Source: an uncultured Erysipelotrichaceae bacterium
GTDB lineage: Bacteria > Bacillota_I > Bacilli_A > RF39 > UBA660
Direction of reading: 5' to 3'
Assembly: GCA_902766135.1 (NCBI GenBank)
Contig: CACXCK010000060.1
Coordinates: 1-24,929, forward strand
Length of the DNA stretch: 24,929 nucleotides
Made by a program: the position numbers and the translations under genes. Position 1 is the stretch's first letter. The number at the start of each line of letters is the position of its first letter. The notes beneath the pieces were generated by a model that was given only the letters and a program-made list of their open reading frames with translations, made no database searches and was not told where the DNA came from. Positions 17,948 to 24,929 of the stretch are shown one piece after another.

Positions 17948-17980
17948 AAAAAAAATCTCGATTACATATCGAGATTTTTT
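17948..17980. terminator. Bidirectional terminator between convergent genes
   Basis: 13-bp perfect stem AAAAAATCTCGAT/ATCGAGATTTTTT, 5-nt loop. Confidence 0.85.
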
Positions 17981-17990
17981 ATATTATTTA

Positions 17991-19394
17991 TTAACCTTGT
18001 AAAGCACAAGTTCCTTCAAACAATTCATCTAAATCGTCTTCATTAGAAGGTTCATAATCTAAACTCAATTCAGTAGCTACATCACTTACAGTAGTATCTA
18101 CATCAATCGTAATAGCAAGACCAGCATCATCAAAATTAGCAGCTCCAGAAAAACCATCTAAAGAATTAGATTGCTTATAAGTATTAACAGCAGTTTGATA
18201 TTCTGTTTCATCAGCATAAGTCCAATTAATCTTCTTAATTACATTATATATTTCACCATCAGGTGTTATACCAAACACATAATTAACACTATAAGTTCCT
18301 TCACTTGAAGTAGAAGGACAAGAAGTATAATGCTCAGGAGCATTTTCATCAATAACTAGTTTACCAGTAAAAGTTTCAGAATTATCGTAAGAATCACTTG
18401 CAATTATATTAACATCATAACTTCCAACATCCATAGCAGAATAATCGTTTTCTGCCTCAAATTTGAAAGTAACAGGCGAAGCATCAGAACTTGATGCTAC
18501 AAAATCTTCAGGACTAACTGCAGTACCAGGAACAACAACTACTTCACGAAGAGTAACAACTGGTGCTTTAGTGTCTTTTACTTCAACTACAGAATGAGCA
18601 GAATCTTTTCCACAAGTAACTGTATATTCATAAGTGCCAAAAGTACTAGGATCTAAATTTGTATCAACCTTACATTCAGAAGAAGTATAACCCTTTAAAT
18701 TAACATAATTAGCAACTAATGAAGTATCAAGTGGCGTTCCAAGCTCTAAAGTTGTTAAAATAGGAGAAATAGATTTAGCATCTTTTTGCTTAGCTATAAC
18801 CAAGAAATAATATACACCAAAACCTACTCCTAAAACCAAAACAACAGCTAAAATAATTATTAATATTTTCTTACCACCCTTCTTTGGTTTAGCATCAGCT
18901 TCACTTGGTAGAGGTGGTGGTGTTGGCACACCGCCAATCATTCCTATTTGATTATTTGGGTTAGGTGGCATTGGTGCTTGTGGAGCCTGAGGAGGCACTG
19001 GAGCACCTGGTACAGGTGGTTGTTGAAAAGCAGTCGTATTATTTAAAGAAGTACTCATAAGTGGTTCAACTACACCACTTGCTTGATTATTCTCTGGCGC
19101 AGGTGGAACAACAACACCTTCTGGTTGTAAATTCATTGGTGCAGGAGGAACAGGACTTGCCATTACCCCATCATTAGGTTGAACAGGTGAAACTGTAGGA
19201 GACAGAGGTGCCTGAGGAGGCACTGGCGCACTTGGTGCAGCAGGTGCTTGTGGCACAGGTGCAGGGCCTACCGGTCCACTAACTATAGTATTAGCTGGCA
19301 TAGCTCCCTCTGTACCGGGCATAGGTTGTGGTGTCTGAGGTACTTGGGGAGTAATCGTTCCAACTTGATTTAATTGATTTTGATCATTATTCAT
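17991..19394 (-). CDS. Single-pass membrane protein with a Pro/Gln-rich N-terminal region and Ig-like extracellular region
   Basis: Approx. 170 aa Pro-rich low-complexity region, KPKKGGKK then a TM helix, then DTKAPVVTL...YDVNIIASDSYDN (bacterial Ig-like/HYR-type pattern). Confidence 0.75.
   Translation of the reverse strand: MNNDQNQLNQVGTITPQVPQTPQPMPGTEGAMPANTIVSGPVGPAPVPQAPAAPSAPVPPQAPLSPTVSPVQPNDGVMASPVPPAPMNLQPEGVVVPPAPENNQASGVVEPLMSTSLNNTTAFQQPPVPGAPVPPQAPQAPMPPNPNNQIGMIGGVPTPPPLPSEADAKPKKGGKKILIIILAVVLVLGVGFGVYYFLVIAKQKDAKSISPILTTLELGTPLDTSLVANYVNLKGYTSSECKVDTNLDPSTFGTYEYTVTCGKDSAHSVVEVKDTKAPVVTLREVVVVPGTAVSPEDFVASSSDASPVTFKFEAENDYSAMDVGSYDVNIIASDSYDNSETFTGKLVIDENAPEHYTSCPSTSSEGTYSVNYVFGITPDGEIYNVIKKINWTYADETEYQTAVNTYKQSNSLDGFSGAANFDDAGLAITIDVDTTVSDVATELSLDYEPSNEDDLDELFEGTCALQG
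18985..19231. repeat. Short intragenic direct repeat encoding APVPPQAP
   Basis: GCCTGAGGAGGCACTGG identical at 18985-19001 and 19210-19226, extending to 22 nt with one mismatch. Confidence 0.8.
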
Positions 19395-19432
19395 ATATTA
19401 ATCCCTTCTATTCTATTCATTAAACTACTAAC

Positions 19433-19461
19433 ATTATACATGCATTTTTTAAAATAAGCAA
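19433..19461 (-). promoter_or_regulatory. SigA-type promoter of the Pro-rich protein gene
   Basis: TTGCTT-17 nt-TATAAT. Confidence 0.65.
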
Positions 19462-19462
19462 G

Positions 19463-19484
19463 AAAAAAAAGCGATTGCTCGCTT
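19463..19484 (-). terminator. Intrinsic terminator of the glucosaminidase gene
   Basis: AAGCGA-GCAA-TCGCTT followed by a T-run on the minus strand. Confidence 0.75.
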
Positions 19485-20151
19485 ATGCATTTCTTATTTT
19501 AAATAAATAATTATTAATCTTTTCAGCCCATGTAGCACTCATTGCATATTTAGGACCAATCGTCTCCGGTGTTGTAAGGCCATAAGCAATATAATTACGT
19601 GACAAATTACGAATCATTGCTTCAATTCCGGCATCAAGTGATTCAAATGCTAACCAGCCACCATTGCCTCTCATACCACCAACATTATTCTTATTACGAA
19701 CTAATGAACTACAAGTCCAAGTACAACCAGTCTCGTGCAAAGAAATAGCAACAGCCAAATAAGGATCTACACCATACTCAATAGAATATTTAGCAAACGA
19801 AAGACCATAACCACTTAAATCACTATTTAAACTAGCATTTAACTTTTCGGCTAATTCATTTAAAGTCATTCCTTCATAAACAATTTCAGGTGTACTAGCT
19901 CTTAAAGATGCAATCTCTATTTCTTGTTTAATATTTAATGTAGCAATTTTTGCATTGTCTAACTGAGATGCTTGTAAACGATCTCTCTGCCCTTTTAAGA
20001 CAACAGATTCAAGCAAACTATTACCGATAGTTGTAAAAGAACTATCAAAAGGTAATATCGTAACATGTTCCAAACGAACAGCTACTAATTGTATAAAACT
20101 AATTACGACCAAAGCAATAATAACTGCCTTAATCGAAGGTAAATTTTTCAT
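19483..20151 (-). CDS. Membrane-anchored glucosaminidase/lysozyme-like peptidoglycan hydrolase (GH73-like)
   Basis: N-terminal TM helix; YGVDPYLAVAISLHETG (putative catalytic Glu), KNNVGGM, TIGPKYA...WAEKI. Confidence 0.75.
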   Translation of the reverse strand: MKNLPSIKAVIIALVVISFIQLVAVRLEHVTILPFDSSFTTIGNSLLESVVLKGQRDRLQASQLDNAKIATLNIKQEIEIASLRASTPEIVYEGMTLNELAEKLNASLNSDLSGYGLSFAKYSIEYGVDPYLAVAISLHETGCTWTCSSLVRNKNNVGGMRGNGGWLAFESLDAGIEAMIRNLSRNYIAYGLTTPETIGPKYAMSATWAEKINNYLFKIRNA

Positions 20152-20184
20152 TTTTTAACCATCCTTTTTTCCGGAATCAATAAA

Positions 20185-20214
20185 ATTATACTATAGTTTA
20201 CTCTAATTTGTCAA
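20185..20214 (-). promoter_or_regulatory. Consensus SigA promoter of the glucosaminidase gene
   Basis: TTGACA-18 nt-TATAAT. Confidence 0.75.
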
Positions 20215-20286
20215 ATTTTTCTCCTAAAATAAGCGAACAAAAGTATTATAAAAGCGTTAGATACACGATAAAATATAACAAAAAAA

Positions 20287-20808
20287 TTATCTAAAAAATA
20301 TATAAGAAATTAAAAATGCCATCAGTATTCCAAAAAAATCAGCGATTAATCCGCTTGTTAAAGCATGTTTAGTTTTCACAACCCCAACAGAACCAAAATA
20401 AAGCGCTAAAACATATATTGTTGTATCGGTACATCCTTGCAAAATAGAAGCCAGATTACCAACAAAACTATCAGGTCCATAAGTTGCCAAAATATTACTC
20501 ATAATAGCCAAAGTAGCTGTCCCAGATATAGGTCTAATAAGAGCCATAGGAATAATCATCAAAGGTATCGATAATTTATTAAAAAAAGGGGTCAAAAATG
20601 ACAACACAAACTGAATCACTGAAGAATTTATAAAAATATTAATAGCCAGTACCATCCCCACAATCGTTGGCGCAATATCAAAAACTAATGCAATTCCTTC
20701 TTTAGCGCCTTTCAAAAAAGAATCATACACATTAATTTTATGTGCAAAAGCATAAATAATAATAAAAATAACAAAAAATGGAATTAAATAATTAGCAATA
20801 CTATTCAT
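20287..20808 (-). CDS. spmB: Spore maturation protein B
   Basis: VYDSFLKGAKEG, MALIRPISG, GCTDTTIYVLALYFGSVG. True start ATG 20808 (MNSIANY) overlaps the spmA stop by 8 nt. Confidence 0.92.
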   Translation of the reverse strand: MNSIANYLIPFFVIFIIIYAFAHKINVYDSFLKGAKEGIALVFDIAPTIVGMVLAINIFINSSVIQFVLSFLTPFFNKLSIPLMIIPMALIRPISGTATLAIMSNILATYGPDSFVGNLASILQGCTDTTIYVLALYFGSVGVVKTKHALTSGLIADFFGILMAFLISYIFFR

Positions 20809-21385
20809 AACGTTTCTTTCTTCTCTTACAATAATCATATAATAATCCAGCAATATTAGAACTAAAAGTAGCAATAATACTTGGAATTATAATTGCCGAT
20901 GGATTAGTACTTCCATAACTTATTCTAAGCGCCAACACGGTAGTCGGAATAATTGTTACACCACCCGTATTAAGTACTAAAAAAGTTACCATAGCTTCTG
21001 TTGCTTCCAACTTATTTGGATTATCATTCTGTAAAGCCTGCATTGCCTTTAAACCAAATGGTGTTGCAGCACTACCAAGTCCTAATAAATTTGCAGCTAT
21101 ATTACTAGAAATATAGCCCAAAGCTGGATGATTACTATCTAAAGAAGGAAATAAAATTCTTAATAAAGGCCTTAATACTTTAGCAAACTTCTTTAGTAGT
21201 AAAGAATCTTCAGCTATCTTCATTATTCCACTCCACATAATTAATAAAGGCATCATACTAAACAGAAGCTTTAATCCATCAGTACCACCCTTTAAAATCT
21301 GCTCATTTAAAGCACTGACATTTCCACTAAAAAGATAAAATAGACTACCTGATAATATAAAAAATACCCATATTTTGGTTACCAT
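20801..21385 (-). CDS. spmA: Spore maturation protein A
   Basis: WSGIMKIAE, SNIAANLLGLGSAATPFGLKAMQALQ, FLVLNTGGVTIIPTT. Confidence 0.95.
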   Translation of the reverse strand: MVTKIWVFFILSGSLFYLFSGNVSALNEQILKGGTDGLKLLFSMMPLLIMWSGIMKIAEDSLLLKKFAKVLRPLLRILFPSLDSNHPALGYISSNIAANLLGLGSAATPFGLKAMQALQNDNPNKLEATEAMVTFLVLNTGGVTIIPTTVLALRISYGSTNPSAIIIPSIIATFSSNIAGLLYDYCKRRKKRYE

Positions 21386-22434
21386 TTAAACACCCACCTA
21401 AAAAAACGCTTAATAATATTATCTTGTTTTAAATGTTTATAAATAAATATTTTCTCCCCCATAACATAATTATTATCTAAATAAACAGAAATATATCCTG
21501 CTTCATCACCAATAATATCTTTATTTAATTCTATTTTAGTACTCACATTTTTCTTCTCTTTTTCATTTAAAAGCATATAAAGATCATTATTAACATAATA
21601 CTTTCCATCATAAGCAGGAACATAAAACCGTTCATGATTAACTACTAAAACTCTTTCATAATTATTAAATACTTCATTTGCCATATCCTCATGATCTTTA
21701 AAATCATTACCATCATTTAAAGTTACAACAATAACCCTCTTATGATTTTTTTCACTTACCGTTACAAGCGTTCTATGTGCTTTCTTAGTATATCCAGTTT
21801 TTCCCCCAAGCATATATTTATAACTATGTAAAAGCTTATTTTTATTTACCCAGGTATATTTTTTCATATTAGTTTGGCACTCATACTTTTTAGTATTAAT
21901 AATAGCCCTAAAAATATCATTTTTAATTGCGTAGCGCATAAGTTTAGCCATATCAAAAGCTGTTGAAACATTACCATTATCTCCTTCTTCTAAACCATGA
22001 TTATTAATAAAATGTGTACTCATAAGCCCTAGTTCATAAGCTTTTTTATTCATTAACTCTGTAAATTCCGGCATTCCTCCTGATACATGATAAGCTATTT
22101 CAATAGCGGCATCATTCCCACTTCGAAGCATTAAAGCATACAATAAATCCTTTAAACTAAGACGTTCTCCTACACTTAAATACACAGCACTACCATAAGA
22201 TTTTAAAACTTCATTTCCTACTTCTCGATAAGAATTAATATCCTTATTCTCTATCGCTACGATTGCTGTCATAATCTTAGTTGTACTAGCTATAAGCATT
22301 TTTTTAGAAGCACTCTTTTCCATGAGTACTCTTCCACTATCATAATCCATTACTAAATAAGACTCCGCCGAATAAGCTTTAACTACATTCATTTCTAGCA
22401 AAGCCAATATAAATACAAGTATTATCTTCATCAT
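21379..22434 (-). CDS. dacB: D-alanyl-D-alanine carboxypeptidase (S11), spore cortex DacB
   Basis: ASTTK (SxxK), SGN, GGKTG motifs; first gene of dacB-spmA-spmB. Confidence 0.9.
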   Translation of the reverse strand: MMKIILVFILALLEMNVVKAYSAESYLVMDYDSGRVLMEKSASKKMLIASTTKIMTAIVAIENKDINSYREVGNEVLKSYGSAVYLSVGERLSLKDLLYALMLRSGNDAAIEIAYHVSGGMPEFTELMNKKAYELGLMSTHFINNHGLEEGDNGNVSTAFDMAKLMRYAIKNDIFRAIINTKKYECQTNMKKYTWVNKNKLLHSYKYMLGGKTGYTKKAHRTLVTVSEKNHKRVIVVTLNDGNDFKDHEDMANEVFNNYERVLVVNHERFYVPAYDGKYYVNNDLYMLLNEKEKKNVSTKIELNKDIIGDEAGYISVYLDNNYVMGEKIFIYKHLKQDNIIKRFFRWVFKW

Positions 22435-22456
22435 CTCACCAATAAATTTTATTACA

Positions 22457-22490
22457 CAAAAAAAGAAATAATACCCATATATTATTTCTT
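22457..22490 (-). terminator. Terminator between the RNHCP gene and dacB
   Basis: 11-bp stem AAGAAATAATA/TATTATTTCTT, 6-nt loop, T-run on the minus strand. Confidence 0.7.
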
Positions 22491-22806
22491 AATCTACATC
22501 ATGAGACATTATTTTAATAATCATATCTATATCATCATCTTTAGCGCTAATATTTCGTTTAATCATCCCACATTTATCACACTCATAGACAATTTTATAC
22601 TGTCCTTTTTTCCAATTAACAACATCAATCGGCCGCTATACTCCGTGGCACTCGCACAATCTGTCTCCAGGATTATTATCAACATGCTTACTACATAAAC
22701 AAAAAGGACAATGATCACGAGCTGTATAAGATAACTTAGAAACATGCTTACCACAAACATCGCAGATAAACTCTTCATCTCGCATTATAAATTTAGCAAC
22801 ATCCAT
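22489..22806 (-). pseudogene. RNHCP-domain Zn-binding protein interrupted by one in-frame TAG at codon 57 (105 aa if read through)
   Basis: MDVAKFIMRDEEFICDVCG...ARDHCPFCLCSKHVD..PGDR.CECHGV-TAG(22636-22638)-RPIDVVNWKKGQYKIVYECDKCG..KRNISAKDDD...DVD-TAA(22489). The domain continues in frame. Confidence 0.8.
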
Positions 22807-22839
22807 AACATTCACCAATATAATTTTACTACAAAAAAA

Positions 22840-23433
22840 TTAATTAGAAAACATTTTTACTAATTCACTCATCCGATGTAATTCATAAGTATCACCATTA
22901 TTTAAATAGTATTTTAATTTCTTAATAATTTTATCATAATTACTCTCTTCAGATCCAAACCACTCATAATGTAAAAATCTCGCTTCTTCTTGATTATTAC
23001 TACTAATAATATTATTTATTTCATTAGTTAATAACTCTTTATCCATAATAGCCCTTCTAACATCTTTATTAAATGGTATTTTAAAACCCATTGATATATC
23101 AACATTATCAAGAGACATATCACTATATTTATCTATAATTGTAGCTTCCTCTTCTAATAACAACCTGCTTCTTTTTAATTCCTTGCCTAAGTTATCAAAT
23201 AAAATAGCTAATGCATCATAAGTAGAGACAAAAAGTATCCATCCATTTCCACTCATATATTTACTAACATTTCCAATACTAATACGATGTCTCATAATAT
23301 CCATCATTTTTCTTTTAGTAATTTTTATGACTGGCACTCGTCTAACACTCTCATAAGAGTCCCTAACATTCCAATCATAAACCATCCATTCTCCCCCAGT
23401 TTTATTAACTAATAAACTACGATAATATTGCAT
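22840..23433 (-). CDS. DUF3603 / YjbA(MdfA)-like protein
   Basis: Recalled similarity to B. subtilis YjbA: W..RD.YE....VP, KRSRLL.EEE, NNQEEARFLHYEW. ATG 23433 follows AAAGGAG. Confidence 0.5.
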   Translation of the reverse strand: MQYYRSLLVNKTGGEWMVYDWNVRDSYESVRRVPVIKITKRKMMDIMRHRISIGNVSKYMSGNGWILFVSTYDALAILFDNLGKELKRSRLLLEEEATIIDKYSDMSLDNVDISMGFKIPFNKDVRRAIMDKELLTNEINNIISSNNQEEARFLHYEWFGSEESNYDKIIKKLKYYLNNGDTYELHRMSELVKMFSN

Positions 23434-23623
23434 CTTTATGTCTCCTTTCATAATAGTTTAAGGCTAATAGAAGCACTCCCCAAACTACTAACCAACACTC
23501 CATTTTTCTACTTATAAAATGGACGTATTCAAAAAAACTATACCCCATTGATAAAACATTTAAATATAAAACCAAAAAAAACAACCCTATTGAACACATT
23601 AAAATTCCTAATACTATTTTCAT
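23417..23623 (-). CDS. Small two-helix membrane protein (68 aa), unknown function
   Basis: Two hydrophobic segments; fills the gap, and its stop overlaps the next gene's start. No visible RBS. Confidence 0.6.
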   Translation of the reverse strand: MKIVLGILMCSIGLFFLVLYLNVLSMGYSFFEYVHFISRKMECWLVVWGVLLLALNYYERRHKDAILS

Positions 23624-23688
23624 AACATAACATATGAAAACAATTTCTATTTTATTATTTTTATAGTATAATGTACTAAGGTGATAGT

Positions 23689-24501
23689 ATGAATTTATTA
23701 AAATATATCTTATTAGGCATTTTACAAGGTTTTACAGAGCCATTACCCATTTCCTCCTCAGGACACTTAGTACTCGCTAAAAACCTATTTAACACCAACA
23801 TGATAAACGACGTCAATTTTGAAATAATTGTTAACTTCGGCTCATTTATTGCTATAGTATTAATCTTTTGGCAAGATATCATTAGACTAATCAAATCTTT
23901 TTTCACCTACATTCTAAAAAAAGAAAAAAGAGCGTCTTTACATAATGACTTCCATTACTGCCTCTTAATTATTATTGGTACTATTCCAGTAGGATTAGCA
24001 GGAGTCCTCCTAAAAGATAAAATTGATGAATTATCCGGTAATATGACTATTCTTGGTATTGCCTTTATTATTACCGCAATAATGCTTTTTATAGTAAAAA
24101 ACTCCAAAGGCAAAAAAGAAGATAATGACATTACCATTAAAGATGCCATAACAATTGGCCTAATTCAAATGATTGCTTTAATGCCTGGAATTAGTAGAAG
24201 TGGTTCGGTTTTAGTAGGATGCCTACTATGTGGATTATCAAGAAAAAGTTCTTTAAAATATACATTCATGTTATATCTTCCAGTATCAATAGCTTCAATG
24301 CTTTTAGGCGTTAAAGACTTAATGGAAACTGGTATCTCCTCTTCACTCTTAATATCATACTTCTTAGGTGGATGTGCCGCATGTGTCGTAACATATTACT
24401 CATATAAATGGTTATCTAAAATAGTTCAAAATGGTCGTCTATGGAAATTTTCAATCTACTGTTTTTTACTAGGGATATTCGTTCTCATATACTTTCGTTA
24501 A
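23689..24501 (+). CDS. uppP: Undecaprenyl-diphosphate phosphatase (BacA/UppP)
   Basis: GILQGFTEPLPISSSGHL and PGISRSGS signature motifs. Confidence 0.96.
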   Translation: MNLLKYILLGILQGFTEPLPISSSGHLVLAKNLFNTNMINDVNFEIIVNFGSFIAIVLIFWQDIIRLIKSFFTYILKKEKRASLHNDFHYCLLIIIGTIPVGLAGVLLKDKIDELSGNMTILGIAFIITAIMLFIVKNSKGKKEDNDITIKDAITIGLIQMIALMPGISRSGSVLVGCLLCGLSRKSSLKYTFMLYLPVSIASMLLGVKDLMETGISSSLLISYFLGGCAACVVTYYSYKWLSKIVQNGRLWKFSIYCFLLGIFVLIYFR

Positions 24502-24530
24502 AAAAAAGATCTACAGTTGTAGATTTTTTT
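24501..24530. terminator. Bidirectional terminator between uppP and rmuC
   Basis: ATCTAC/GTAGAT stem flanked by A and T runs. Confidence 0.7.
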
Positions 24531-24929
24531 TATTCTTTATAATCTAATTTATCTAAATCAACATGATTTATAGAATCAAACCTTTTAGTAATTTTCTCCG
24601 TTGTAATATGTATATCTTTAACATCTTTACTAACTGTATCAATACTTCTAGATAGTTTATCCCAACGTTCTCTATAACGATCAAAATCAAGTGCTAACTT
24701 ATTTAACTCAGATTGAATAACTTTTGCATACTTATCTCTTTCCATATTCTTAATAATCATATGCACAGTAGTTAAAGTACTCATTAAAGTTGTCGGACTT
24801 GCTATCCACACATGATGTTCATAAGCATATTTTAAAATATCAGAATGATATGCATGAATCTCTGCAAATATCGCTTCAGCTGGCAAAAACATAATAGCTT
24901 GATCAGCCGTAACATCAGGAATAATATAC
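24530..24929 (-). CDS. rmuC: RmuC-family DNA recombination protein, C-terminal part (5' end outside the window)
   Basis: YIIPDVTADQAIMFLPAEAIFAEI...VWIASPTTLM followed by a coiled coil; the frame is open to the window edge. Confidence 0.88.
   Translation of the reverse strand, partial: YIIPDVTADQAIMFLPAEAIFAEIHAYHSDILKYAYEHHVWIASPTTLMSTLTTVHMIIKNMERDKYAKVIQSELNKLALDFDRYRERWDKLSRSIDTVSKDVKDIHITTEKITKRFDSINHVDLDKLDYKE

Noticed and set aside
18890-19350. Second GC-rich patch
   Set aside because: Explained by Pro/Ala/Gly codons, with third positions mostly A/T; not an NNY or horizontal-transfer signature.
19403-19418. AATAGA short repeats before RBSs (also near 1010-1020 and 3380-3395)
   Set aside because: Low-complexity purine-rich sequence expected by chance at this AT content.
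22636-22638. Genome-wide TAG reassignment or alternative genetic code
   Set aside because: At least five well-conserved genes end in TAG at their expected C-termini; TGA is also a stop (6467, 9660) and Trp is TGG.
3329-24149. Short overlapping ORFs 3329..3514, 4940..5128, 9420..9665, 13512..13697, 17249..17437, 22501..22698, 22563..22778, 23676..23906, 23955..24149
   Set aside because: All are nested in or antisense to well-supported genes or the tRNA, with no recognisable motifs.
1-24929. DGR reverse transcriptase, template repeat, CRISPR array, integrase or transposase
   Set aside because: No YADD/YMDD-type ORF, no second copy of the VR, no regularly spaced repeats and no recombinase motifs. 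Intergenic gaps are too short to hold a TR unnoticed.

Overview
Low-GC (roughly 25-30% in the stretches counted) chromosomal segment of a Bacillota, probably a reduced-genome Bacilli such as RF39 (inference). It uses the standard code: TGA, TAG and TAA all act as stops. Most genes are on the minus strand. Housekeeping genes: dnaB-dnaI, tRNA-Thr(GGT), uppP and partial rmuC. Sporulation genes: spoIIGA-sigE with a Spo0A-type promoter, and dacB-spmA-spmB. Also present are two tandem P-type ATPases and a cell-surface cluster (NPQTG substrate, a class B sortase with a large N-terminal fusion, a Pro-rich Ig-like membrane protein and a glucosaminidase). The strongest signal is two paralogous secreted proteins (1..1001, cut by the window edge and missing from the ORF track; 6467..8167). 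They share an approx. 215-aa TasA/CalY-like N-terminal module and have different DUF6273-like C-terminal halves. The last approx. 185 bp of the complete copy switch abruptly to approx. 50% GC, are adenine-depleted on the coding strand and use almost only NNY codons. This is the expected footprint of a diversity-generating retroelement (DGR) variable region. No reverse transcriptase or template repeat is in the window, so this would be a remote target. An RNHCP-domain gene carries one in-frame TAG. All family assignments come from motif recognition, not database searches.
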